Source: Candidatus Latescibacterota bacterium (GTDB taxonomy: Bacteria; Latescibacterota; UBA2968; UBA8231). From it: a DNA stretch of 64,000 bases. The stretch covers positions 2,048,001-2,112,000 of the forward strand of contig OZ242214.1 of the NCBI GenBank assembly GCA_965206595.1, given 5' to 3'. The position numbers and the translations under genes were made by a program. Below are positions 31,711 to 41,351 of the stretch, piece by piece. The notes beneath the pieces were generated by a model that did not search any database, had not been told where the DNA came from, and saw only the letters and a program-made list of their open reading frames with translations. Numbering within the stretch: position 1 is the first letter of the stretch; each line of letters begins with the position of its first letter.

Positions 31711-32902
31711 ACACCTGGAGCAGGCGCCGGCCGACCCGATCCTTGGTTTGACCGCGGCCTTCAAGGAGGACCCCGACCCCGACAAGATCAACCTCGGGGT
31801 CGGCGTGTACTGCGACGACCGGGGGAAGACCCCGGTTTTCGCCGCGGTGAAGGAGGCGGAAACCCGCCTGCTGGCCGCCCAGTCGACGAAGACCTACCTG
31901 CCGATCGACGGCACCTCGGACTTCGGCCGCGAAGTGCGGGAACTGCTCTTCGGGCCAAAGCTCGCCGAGGAGTACGGCGCCGCCGCGGTGACCGTGCAGG
32001 CTCCCGGGGGCACCGGGGCCCTGCGCCTCGCCGGCGATTTCTTCAAGCGCCTGTTCCCCGGCGCCAGCGTCTGGCTCAGCGAGCCGACGTGGGCAAATCA
32101 CCCCAAGGTGTTCGCCGCCGCGGGCCTGCGGACCGCCAGCTACCCCTACTTCGACTCCGGGGCCAACGGCCTCGGCTTCGATGCCTTCTGCGCTGCCTTG
32201 GAGTCGGTGCCGGCGGGGGACGTGGTTCTGCTGCACGGCTGCTGCCACAACCCGACCGGGGTCGATCCGACGCCGGAGCAGTGGGTGCGGATCGGCAAAA
32301 TTCTGGCCACCCGAGGCGCCATCCCGCTGGTCGATTTCGCCTACCAGGGGCTGGGGACCGGAATCGAGGAGGACGCCGCAGGGCTGCGCGAGCTGTGCAC
32401 CTGCTGCGGCGAGCTCCTTATCGCCAACTCCTTCTCGAAGAACTTCGGCCTCTACCAGGAGCGCGTCGGCTCGCTGACCGCGGTGACCGGCTCCCCGGAG
32501 CAGGGCGCTTCCGTGCTCAGCCATCTCAAGGCCTGCGCCCGCAGCAACTTCTCCAACCCCCCGGCGCACGGGTCGGCCATCGTCACCGAGGTCCTCCAGG
32601 ACGAGGGGCTGCGGTCGAGCTGGGACCGCGAGCTCGGCGAGATGCGCGACCGCATCAACGGGGTGCGCCGGCTTTTCGTGGAAACCCTGAAAGCCCAGGG
32701 AATCGAGCGGGACTTCGGCTTCATCGAGCGGCAGCGGGGGATGTTTTCCTTTTCCGGACTGGACCCCGCACAGGTGGCGCGGCTGCGGCAGAGGCACTCG
32801 ATCTACATCGTCGGTTCCGGGCGCATCAACCTCGCCGGAATCACCTCGGGAAACATCGACAGGCTGTGCCGGGCGATGGCCGAGGTGATCGCGGAAAACT
32901 GA
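31703..32902 (+). CDS. aspC: Aspartate/aromatic amino acid aminotransferase
   Basis: DPILGL, NLGVGVY, HGCCHNPTG, DFAYQG, SFSKNFGLY.ERVG. Confidence 0.92.
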   Translation: MFEHLEQAPADPILGLTAAFKEDPDPDKINLGVGVYCDDRGKTPVFAAVKEAETRLLAAQSTKTYLPIDGTSDFGREVRELLFGPKLAEEYGAAAVTVQAPGGTGALRLAGDFFKRLFPGASVWLSEPTWANHPKVFAAAGLRTASYPYFDSGANGLGFDAFCAALESVPAGDVVLLHGCCHNPTGVDPTPEQWVRIGKILATRGAIPLVDFAYQGLGTGIEEDAAGLRELCTCCGELLIANSFSKNFGLYQERVGSLTAVTGSPEQGASVLSHLKACARSNFSNPPAHGSAIVTEVLQDEGLRSSWDRELGEMRDRINGVRRLFVETLKAQGIERDFGFIERQRGMFSFSGLDPAQVARLRQRHSIYIVGSGRINLAGITSGNIDRLCRAMAEVIAEN

Positions 32903-33090
32903 GTCTTTTGAGAGGCCGGCCTTGCGGCCACCGCGAGTGTGAAGCGGGGCCGCTGACTGCGAGGTGGATTGGACGGTGGTGCTGGTCCGCGGCCGGTTGA
33001 GTAGACCCCTTCGATCACCAGAGGCCTCACTTTGACGACAGTTGGCGGGGCCGCGCGGAGCATGCGGTTTTGACAGGGGAAAACGAGTTG

Positions 33091-33660
33091 ATGGGCAGTG
33101 ACCTGAAGGGAGTTATTGCAGCGCTAGTTTTACTGGCATTCGGGTGTGCCGGCGGAGGCGGGGGCCCGGTCGGACCTTCCGGCACCACGTTGGCAGGTAC
33201 CTGGATCGATTCTCGGGATTCGGAGGACTCTATCCTCTTCCGGACCGACGGCACCTTTCGCAACGTTGCCGACGGCGATACCGCGGACGGCACGTGGCAG
33301 GCTGCGAACGGAATACTGACGCTGCGCTGCGAAGGGACGTTCAAGCCGGTGATAATCGGAGACTCGCTCTCCTTCGAGGCCGTGCAGCGAGGGTGTTCGC
33401 GGCTGGCGGATTGCGTCTTCACGGGAGTGGGACAAAAACTGGAAGGCTCGGACTGGGTCGACGAGTTCGGCCTGGTGCTGCGGTTCGAATCGGACGGGTC
33501 CTACTTCTGGGGGAATGACCTGGAACTGGGCTCGTGGGTGAGCGAAGGCGGGAACATCGTTGTCATCTCAGTCGACAAACCCACGTACGTGATCAACGGA
33601 GAGGTGCTCATAATCAGGCGCCATGACGAAACCGAAGGCACCACGTTCCGGCGAGGTTGA
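33091..33660 (+). CDS. Hypothetical lipoprotein with two internal beta-rich repeats
   Basis: Lipobox LAFGC; LAGTWID..F..DGTF is echoed by LEGSDWVD..F..DGSY. Confidence 0.65.
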   Translation: MGSDLKGVIAALVLLAFGCAGGGGGPVGPSGTTLAGTWIDSRDSEDSILFRTDGTFRNVADGDTADGTWQAANGILTLRCEGTFKPVIIGDSLSFEAVQRGCSRLADCVFTGVGQKLEGSDWVDEFGLVLRFESDGSYFWGNDLELGSWVSEGGNIVVISVDKPTYVINGEVLIIRRHDETEGTTFRRG

Positions 33661-33716
33661 GCCAGCGGCGATCCGGGAACGAAACGACCTGCCCAGAGAG
33701 CAATTGCCCGCCGGCA

Positions 33717-34919
33717 CTAGGAAACTGGTTCGGTCGACAGTTCGCGCAGGCGCCCGACGATCCCGGGTAGCACCTCAAGACAGCGCACCACCTCCGCCCC
33801 GGTGTTCCCCCACCCCAGGCTGAAGCGCACCGACGAGGAGGCGAGGCGCGGTTCCAGCCCCATGGCGAGCAGGACGTGCGAGGGCTCGGGAGCCCCGGAG
33901 GTGCAGGCCGAGCCGCTCGCAACCGCGATTCCCTCGAGGTCGAGACCGAGGATGACCGCCTCCGCCTCGACGCCGCGAAAGACGGCGTTGCAGGTGTTCG
34001 GCAGGCGCCCGGGATCGCGCCCGGCTTGGGAGGCAGCCGAGCTCCTGCCGTTGATCTCGACGGACTCCAGGCTCGAGAGGATGCCGGCTTCAAGCTGGTC
34101 GCGCAGCCTGCCGACCCGCTTGGCCGGGGTCTTTCCGGTCCCTTGCAGTTCCTCCTGGGCGAGTGCCGCGGCCGCTCCGAAACCGATGATTCCGGCGACG
34201 TTCTCCGTTCCGGCGCGTAGCCCCCCCTCGTGGCCGCCGCCGTGGGCGAGCGCGTGAAGCTGGGTTCCCGGGCGCACGAAGAGGGCGCCCACCCCCTTGG
34301 GGCCGTTTATCTTGTGAGCCGAGATCGAAATCAGGTCGGCGCCGAGGTCGGCCGCCCGCCACGGCAGCTTGGCGAACGACTGCACCGCATCGACGTGGAA
34401 GAGGCTGCCCCGCTCCCTGGCCGCGGCGGCGATTCCGGCGACCGGCTGCAGGCGCCCGGTCTCGTTGTTGGCGTGCATGACCGAAACCAGCAGAGTCTCG
34501 TCGTCGATCAGCTCCTCAACCCCCTCGGGAAGCACGGTACCCTCGCCATCGACCGGGGCGTACGCGACCTCCATTCCCAGCTCCTGCAGATGCTCGCAGG
34601 CGTGCCATACCGCGTGGTGCTCGATGGAGGAGGTGACGATGCGGCGGCGCCTGCTGCCTGCGGCGCGGGCTGCGGAAACCACCCCCTTGATCGCCCAGTT
34701 GTCCGACTCGGTACCGCCGCTCGTAAAGCAGACCTCGCCGGGAGCGCAGCCGAGGGCGGCCGCCACCTGCTCGCGCGCCTTGTCGACATCCGACCTGGCC
34801 CGGCGCCCGGCCGCGTGCAGGCTCGAGGGGTTCCCGGCCAGCCCGCCGAGGTGGGGCATCATCGCTTCGAGCACCTCCGGCCGCACCGGGGTGGTGGCGT
34901 TGTGGTCGAAGTAGATCAT
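33717..34919 (-). CDS. iscS: Cysteine desulfurase
   Basis: YFDHNATT, TSGGTES, SAHKINGPKG, SGSACTS. Confidence 0.93.
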   Translation of the reverse strand: MIYFDHNATTPVRPEVLEAMMPHLGGLAGNPSSLHAAGRRARSDVDKAREQVAAALGCAPGEVCFTSGGTESDNWAIKGVVSAARAAGSRRRRIVTSSIEHHAVWHACEHLQELGMEVAYAPVDGEGTVLPEGVEELIDDETLLVSVMHANNETGRLQPVAGIAAAARERGSLFHVDAVQSFAKLPWRAADLGADLISISAHKINGPKGVGALFVRPGTQLHALAHGGGHEGGLRAGTENVAGIIGFGAAAALAQEELQGTGKTPAKRVGRLRDQLEAGILSSLESVEINGRSSAASQAGRDPGRLPNTCNAVFRGVEAEAVILGLDLEGIAVASGSACTSGAPEPSHVLLAMGLEPRLASSSVRFSLGWGNTGAEVVRCLEVLPGIVGRLRELSTEPVS

Positions 34920-34920
34920 G

Positions 34921-36135
34921 TCAGTTGGGCTGGACCTCGAAGGAGATGGCGCGCACCAGAATCGGGGCCGCCGAGTGGACCTCGGGCACACTCTCGAAGG
35001 TGTCGCCGTTGGAGTAGGTGAATGTCTCGGGGTCGCCGCTTTCAATCTCCCCAGCGCGCAGCACCTCGACGGGGGGGGAACCTATGAGCTGGTTCTGCAG
35101 AAACTCGGCGAGCAGGGCATCCACCTGGTCGAGACCCTGGAAACGGTTGAGCTGGCCGTTGCTCACGAGTTCGGCGAGCTCCTCGAAGAGATCTTCGCGG
35201 AGCTCAAAATCCAGGCGCTCGGCAACGACGAAATAGAGCGTGTACACCTCGTTTACCAAGTTGAGGTCGATCCAGCTCTCTTCGCCCGGACCGTACTGCA
35301 GGCGGGCACCGTACACACGGTCGTCGGAGAAGATTCCCTCCCGCCATCCGTTCGAGAGCTGCAGGAAAGCCCAGACCGCGCAGGTCCTGCTGACCCGGAA
35401 CCGCACCTGCAGCTGGTCTCCGCCGCGCAATTCCCCGCCTTCGCTCACATCTACCAGTTGCGGGAACTCCCCTTCGAGACGCCTCACCAGCAGGTGGAAA
35501 TCGACGTCCGCGGCAAAGTCCGAGACCGCGGCCTCCCCCCCCCTGCCCCGCAGCTCGGCCAGGGCCTGCCCGCGGCGGTCCAGTTCCCCTTCCGACACCC
35601 TGCCCCGGGCGCTGCGCAGAACCGTGCCGTCCGCCCGGTCGACGAGCACCAGGCGCAGGTACGCCCAGGGCGGCTCGTAGCGCACCTGTCCGCCGAGCAG
35701 CCGCGGGGCCTCGAGCTCCTCCCATTTCCGGGGCAGGAGAGACCCCATCGACCAGCGCAAGGCCGGTTCGCCCCGCAGCTCTTCGAGAAGTCCGACGTCG
35801 AGGGCGACGGGCAAGTCGTGGGACAGGGCCGCCGACACCAGGGTCTCGTCGAGGGTCTCGGTGCGCAGGGTGCGCTTGCCGTCGGCGTCGCGAAAGCCGA
35901 GCAGGGCAACCGGCGAGTCGGACGGCTGCGCAGACGCCATCGCGGAAACCATGTTCCCCAGGACCGTCCCCACCCCATCCACGGGGGGCTTCCCGGCAAA
36001 GAAACCGCACCCGTACCAGCCCAGGGCGACGGGCACGGCCAGCGCCGCGGCGGCAGCGGCGCCCCACAACCTGAACCGCCAGGGTCGGGTGCCTCGGTCA
36101 GTGCCGGGGGACATTTCGGTAGAATCTGAATTCAT
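34921..36135 (-). CDS. Putative lipoprotein with CsgG/FlgO-like and DUF4384-like domains; start uncertain
   Basis: Hydrophobic leader ending LGWYGC; LRLVLVD..DGTVL; LRGGDQLQVRF. Confidence 0.55.
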   Translation of the reverse strand: MNSDSTEMSPGTDRGTRPWRFRLWGAAAAAALAVPVALGWYGCGFFAGKPPVDGVGTVLGNMVSAMASAQPSDSPVALLGFRDADGKRTLRTETLDETLVSAALSHDLPVALDVGLLEELRGEPALRWSMGSLLPRKWEELEAPRLLGGQVRYEPPWAYLRLVLVDRADGTVLRSARGRVSEGELDRRGQALAELRGRGGEAAVSDFAADVDFHLLVRRLEGEFPQLVDVSEGGELRGGDQLQVRFRVSRTCAVWAFLQLSNGWREGIFSDDRVYGARLQYGPGEESWIDLNLVNEVYTLYFVVAERLDFELREDLFEELAELVSNGQLNRFQGLDQVDALLAEFLQNQLIGSPPVEVLRAGEIESGDPETFTYSNGDTFESVPEVHSAAPILVRAISFEVQPN

Positions 36136-36465
36136 GGTGAGCATTTGCCGTAGTGCCTGGACCCTGGAGTCGATGAACAATTTCAGGCTCCCGTTTCGGA
36201 AAATCGAAGGCTCGTTTTCCGCTGCCGTGAATATAACGTTCCGGCGGCTCCGGAAATCCGCTGCGGTCTTGATCGCCAGACCCCGGCAGCGAAACTCGCT
36301 TCCCACTGCAGGAGCGAATACCCGACTCGCCGGAATTTTCCATCGGCAGCCCGTCGAAAAAGCCCCTCCGGGCTGCGGCCGGCCCTTGCGGCCGCGAGCG
36401 GGCTGCAGGAGGACCCCCCGGAGGCCTGCGAGGAGAACGGGTAAGGGCCGGATGGAAAGTGGAAA

Positions 36466-38181
36466 TTATCGCTCGAGCTGCTGAACGACGGGGAGAAAAT
36501 ACTCGCATGCCACCCTCTCCCAGCTCATCCTCGAGGCGATCACGTACCCCCTGCGCAAGTTATCGGCGAGATGGTCCTCGGCCAGCCGCAGCAGGTCGGC
36601 GAGCTGCCTGGCCGCTTCCCGGCTGCGAGCCACCTCCGCCCGGCGCCGGGCGCCGGCCCCGATCTCCAGGGCTCCGGCGAGGTCAAGTTTCCGGTCGAGT
36701 CGTGTGTATTCGGCGCGGATGTAGCCGCTGCCGACCCCGCCCTTTCCGGCGCTGGCCTGCAGGAATCCCAGGCAGCCGCAAACATCGCTGACGACGCTGA
36801 GGCTCCCGAAACCGATCGGCTCGATCTGGGCTATCCCGAACGGCTCGTAGATCGACTGCCCGAACTCGGCGTCGGTTCCCTGCCGCAGGTCGCTGAAATC
36901 GATGCCGGGCATCCCGCCCCCCCAGGCATCGGGGTCGATGCCGAACTGGTTGACGAACACCACCTTGACGGCGCGCGAACCGGCGTTGAAATGCCGCACT
37001 TGCTGGTCGAAATCCTCCTCCCCGCCGGCGAGGTCGGGGAACCCCTCGCGGTGAACGAGGGGCCACCCGTACTCCGCGGCCATGCGCCTCACGGCCTCGG
37101 GCTCCCGGCGGCCGGCCGCCGTCGCCAGCACAATCAGCACGGCCCTGCGGCCCCGCCCGACCAGGATATCGTCGAGAGCCTGGCACACCAGCAGGTCCCG
37201 CCACAGCCCCTTGCTCTGCACCAGCCTCGACACGTGGGTGAAGGCGTAGTCGGGCCGGAATCCGAGGAGCCGCTCTGCGAACTCCGCGAGCGCTGCGCGC
37301 GCCGACTTCCTGTCGCCGGGGGAGATCTCCTCGGCCTCGACGCCGTTGTACACCAGCAGCGGCGGGTCGGAGCGGAACTCGCCGCCGAGGAAGGCGAGCT
37401 CCCGCATCACGAGGTCCCCCACCGCCAGAACCTTGTCGCAGTGCCAGGCGCGGCGCACCAGGGCGTGCTTGAAGTAGTCGTCCTGGCTGCCGAAGACCTC
37501 CTCGAGCCCGGCCCCGGTTTCCGCGGTGGCCCGCATGGCGTTGTAGAACATCACGTCCTGTCCCGGGGACCCCTCGATTATGCGGCGCACGGTCGCCACC
37601 TCGTGGGCGTGGAACAGGGTGGTGAAGCGGGGGTCGCCGCAAAGAATCGACCGGAAAGCGGTGGGAAGCCCCATGAATTCGTGCGCCACCACACAGCAGG
37701 GCGACGGGACCGGAACCAGGCGGGCGACCGCGTCGAACGCGGGACCGGCGAGGCGCACGTACTGCTCGTACTCCGGATCGGCCTCGTAGCGGTCCGAGGT
37801 CAGGCCGAAACGCTGGTAGAGCTCGTGCTTGAATGCGCCGAGGCCCCGAGGCGGGCCGGTGACGTCGACCAGGAGCACTTCGACCGTAACTCCTTGGGCG
37901 AGCGGCCGCCGCCCGTACACCAGGCGCACATCGTGATCCCTCTCGACCTCCTCCAGGGCAGTGGCGACCGCCGTGTCCCTGACGCCGGAGATGCGGTCGT
38001 AAAGCAGGACTCCCTGCGGCCCAAGCGGCTGCCCTGCCGACGGATCGAACAGCGGTCCTACCAGGATGGAGCGCTCCACCGACTCGCGGTACGGCCGGCT
38101 CGCCAGCAGGCCCTGCAGGACAGCGCCGATGCCGCCGATCTTCTCCACCGCCTCGTGGGTTATGTGCGCGAGAGCCGTCAT
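36466..38181 (-). CDS. GT-B glycosyltransferase, GT3 glycogen-synthase-like
   Basis: HEAVEKIGGIGAVL, AHEF, VYNG, SIYEPFGIAQIE. Confidence 0.7.
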   Translation of the reverse strand: MTALAHITHEAVEKIGGIGAVLQGLLASRPYRESVERSILVGPLFDPSAGQPLGPQGVLLYDRISGVRDTAVATALEEVERDHDVRLVYGRRPLAQGVTVEVLLVDVTGPPRGLGAFKHELYQRFGLTSDRYEADPEYEQYVRLAGPAFDAVARLVPVPSPCCVVAHEFMGLPTAFRSILCGDPRFTTLFHAHEVATVRRIIEGSPGQDVMFYNAMRATAETGAGLEEVFGSQDDYFKHALVRRAWHCDKVLAVGDLVMRELAFLGGEFRSDPPLLVYNGVEAEEISPGDRKSARAALAEFAERLLGFRPDYAFTHVSRLVQSKGLWRDLLVCQALDDILVGRGRRAVLIVLATAAGRREPEAVRRMAAEYGWPLVHREGFPDLAGGEEDFDQQVRHFNAGSRAVKVVFVNQFGIDPDAWGGGMPGIDFSDLRQGTDAEFGQSIYEPFGIAQIEPIGFGSLSVVSDVCGCLGFLQASAGKGGVGSGYIRAEYTRLDRKLDLAGALEIGAGARRRAEVARSREAARQLADLLRLAEDHLADNLRRGYVIASRMSWERVACEYFLPVVQQLER

Positions 38182-38375
38182 CGTTGCAGTCTCATCGGGG
38201 TATGGCTCGCCGGTTCCGCTCTACTTCGCGCCGGGGATTCCCGCGGAGCCGCAAGTGCGAGTCCGCAGGGTGCTTATTCGCAAAGTATGACCCAGGTCGA
38301 ACAGTACCGCCTGGGCTTCATGGTCCGAGGGCGGCTTCAGGACAACCCGGCGGTCCGAGAGACACGCCGGGCTGG

Positions 38376-39057
38376 TCAGGACGACAGCCAGTCGATAAGG
38401 CGAACCAGAGGCGGAACGAGGTTTCCGGCGAAACAGGCGGTCAGCACCACCGCCATCGCGATCACCGGCACGAACGGGATCGTCTCTTCCACCTCCACGA
38501 GGTCTTCCGCGGACTGGTGCCCGCCGGCGACCAGGGAGCGCAGCCTGGAGACCTGTTTCCCGGTGAGCGGCTTTCCCCCGTCGCAAACGAGGCCCTCGCC
38601 TCCCTTGGGAGCGGCGACTTCCAGCCTGTGTACCGGTATCGCGCCGGGGTGCAGGTAGCGTACCGGCAGGGTCTGCACGTAGGAGTGGTTGTGCCAGCGC
38701 CGCACGAACAGGTAAGCCGCTTCGAGTACCCAGGCGATCCCGAGGAGCTTGAGATACGCGGCCCAGCCGCCGAAGGCGAAAAAGAAGAAGGCTAGGGCCG
38801 CCAGCCCCGGGATCGCGATCAGCAGCCAGCGCCGGTTTTTCAGCCAGTGGTCGACGAGGCGGTCCCCGATCAGCAGAATCCCGATGGTTTCGAGTTGGGG
38901 CAACGGGTGGCCCAGCGCCAAGTAGGCTAGCCCCAGGGTCAGGCCCAGAACCCCGGCGAGCCGCACCACCGCGACGCTCTCCCGGGCCTCGGCCCTGGCC
39001 GCGTCGCCGGGTATCCCCTCTCCTTCGACTACCGGTCGTTTCGATTTCCGGGGGCAT
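38376..39057 (-). CDS. Membrane protein with A24 prepilin-peptidase-like C-terminus; probable frameshift near 39033
   Basis: Several TMs, GEGL..LT..Q, ETIPFVPVI...LT...GNL. ATG at 39057 overlaps the upstream stop but is out of frame with the main ORF. Confidence 0.5.
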
Positions 39058-39760
39058 CACTGCAACCCCTCCAGGAGGTCCGTTTCGTCGAGCCATGTCC
39101 CCAGCGCCGCCAGCTCGTGCAGCATCCCCTCGACGCTCAGGGTGGCTCCGCTTATGCCGTCAAGGTCGCGGCCCGCGACCATCCGCACCGGCGCGCGGCC
39201 TGCCAGTTGCGCCAGAAAGAGGGCCGCGTCCAGCGGTTCCCCCTTCAGCTCCCAGGGAACCATTGCCTCCACCGCATGGATCCGCCGGGTGCCCGGATCG
39301 AGCAGCACCGCGATCAGAAGGTCATTGCACAGGACGCAGGCAATGTCGTGACGCAGCACCACGAGCAGACCCGCTTCCCCGGTTTCCCCGCGCACCCGCG
39401 CAGGAGATCGGCGCGCACCACGCCCGAACGCGGCGGCGGCCCCGGGGCCGGTGCAACTGCCTCTTCCATCGCCACGAGGGCGCCTTTTGCCGCAGCAGAT
39501 CGGTGAGGTGGCGGTCCGAGGGCACCGCGGGGAGGGCCGCGTCGAAGTAGCGGTCCCGCGCCGCGAAGAAGGCTGCGAGCAGGATCACGAGCACGGCTGC
39601 GAGCAGAACGACCAGGCCGCTCAGGGCAAACACCGCGGGATGACGCCAGGGCGCTCTGGGTGCCTCTGTTCCGGCAGGTTCGGAGGCCGGCGGAACCGGT
39701 TGGGAAGAATCGTCGGAGGAGATGTCGCTGTCTCGCTGTCTATGGAGTCAATCGACCTCG
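39057..39760 (-). pseudogene. Frameshifted membrane-anchored FMN-binding (flavinylation motif) protein
   Basis: TM segment (39322-39633 frame) and CVLC + DGISGATLS (39057-39395 frame) lie in different frames; no clean start. Confidence 0.55.
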
Positions 39761-39890
39761 GCGGCCGCCAAGGTCGGCGGGACCGGACACGATAGTGGAT
39801 TCTGGGGCTTTTCCGCAAGGCCGGGGGAGGAGGATCCGCCTTGACTGGGGGCATCGCTACGGGTCAATTGACATCGCCTCGTTTCTTTTC

Positions 39891-41335
39891 GGCTCGTCAG
39901 TAGAATTCGTGGGTGAATTGTGGCTCGGGTAAATCGCCGAGCTGATGGAATGAAGCGATTTGGAGTGCCTTGAAGGTGCGGCATCCGAATGCTTTTCTCC
40001 CTGTCAGATTCCATTTCAGGTTCAAGCCCTCGACCATGCCGTTGTTGAACTGCTTCCTGGCCCTGAACCAATTGAGGATGAGCTCTTGGTGACGCCGCAG
40101 CATTCCGGCGATGTCTTTCATCGGTTCGATGTTGCTTCTCATCGTACGGAAACACCCGCGCTGGAGGAACTTCTCAGCCCACGCGGAGTAGGTGTAGTCC
40201 CAGAAGCGCTGGAAGTCCTCCTTGAGCAGGTAGGCTCTGACCGTCCGCAGGTTCATCTTCAATAGCTCCGACAGCTTCAAGCCTTGGGGGGGAGTCGCTG
40301 AGGTTCTCCTTGCGCTTCAGGAAGCACCAGCGGCTCTTGCTCAGGACCGGATCCTGGCCCTGTTCTTTGAGTCTGCGGGCCTCTTCGGCACGGACTTTGT
40401 CGAGGGCCTTGCTGAAGTGCTGCATGAGGTGAAAACGGTCGAGAATAGGTACCGCGGTGGGGAGCCGCTTGCTGATAACGTCGAGGTAGGCTTTCCAGAT
40501 ATCAGAGCAGATGACGGTAATCTGGTCGAGGAAACGGGTCGGCTCCTGCTCGCCGCCGGCTTCCTGCTTGCGCCGGTGCTCCTGCTCCCGTTCGGTAAAG
40601 CCGTCGTTCAAGGCCTTCTTCGTCCGCTTCTCGCCCATCCACAACAGGCGGCGGCGGTGGGGGTCGATCTGGTACAGCAACGTCAGATAATGAGGCCCCT
40701 TACGATACTGGATTTCATCCACGCCGAGGGCCGTGACCTGGTCGAGGCAGCGATGAGCGAGCCCATAGTCCACGACGTACTGGACGGAGTGGTAGACCTT
40801 GTCCCAACGGGTCCGGAAGGAACGCGCCACCTCGATCCACGACAGTTTTTTGGCCCCTGGGCCAGGAAGCAGCGGTAGAGGTCGGTCAGGTGGTGCTTGC
40901 CCGTGCTCCAGGGGACCTTCTCGACGACCACCCGGCCGCAGGCTTTGCAGGCAACCCGGCGCATGCGATACACCAGAAAGACCGGAAACCCCCAGAGGGG
41001 AACAAACTCGAACAGCCGGGCCTCGGGGGCCGTGTCATAGGTGGGGGCCAAGTGACCGCAGCCGCTGCACGCGCCCCGGGAGTTTTTCCGTGGCCTTATC
41101 CTCACCATTATCCTTCCGTGCCGGTCAAAATGACTGCCCTCAAACACAAACCGCTTGAAGGTCGTGCACCGGTTTAGTACCGTGATCAGGCGCATCGTTC
41201 CCTCCACAGGTAGTTGGGTTCCGTCTTGGTGGACTGTCCCAACATACCGGGGGATGATGCGCCTGGGCTACCTGGCCTCCTCTATTCCCATCGCCGCAGC
41301 CTCCCCTCCTCACCCACAGATTCTCCAGAGGAGCC
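39891..41335 (-). mobile_element. ISL3-family insertion sequence
   Basis: 26-bp IRs (ggctcgtcagtagaattcgtgggtga / ggctcctctggagaatctgtgggtga, 21/26) and 8-bp TSD TTCTTTTC at 39883-39890 and 41336-41343. Confidence 0.92.
39897..41195 (-). pseudogene. ISL3 transposase split by two frameshifts
   Basis: CSGC/CKAC zinc finger, LGVDEI, CSDIW, LDRFH, NGMVEGLN spread over three ORFs. Confidence 0.85.
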
Positions 41336-41351
41336 TTCTTTTCTATCTCAG

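Noticed and set aside
39057-39059. TGA in frame between ORFs 39057-39395 and 38376-38969 as a second Sec codon
   Set aside because: It is not at a Cys-like motif, no convincing SECIS follows, and the TGATG overlap plus a nearby frameshift explains it better.
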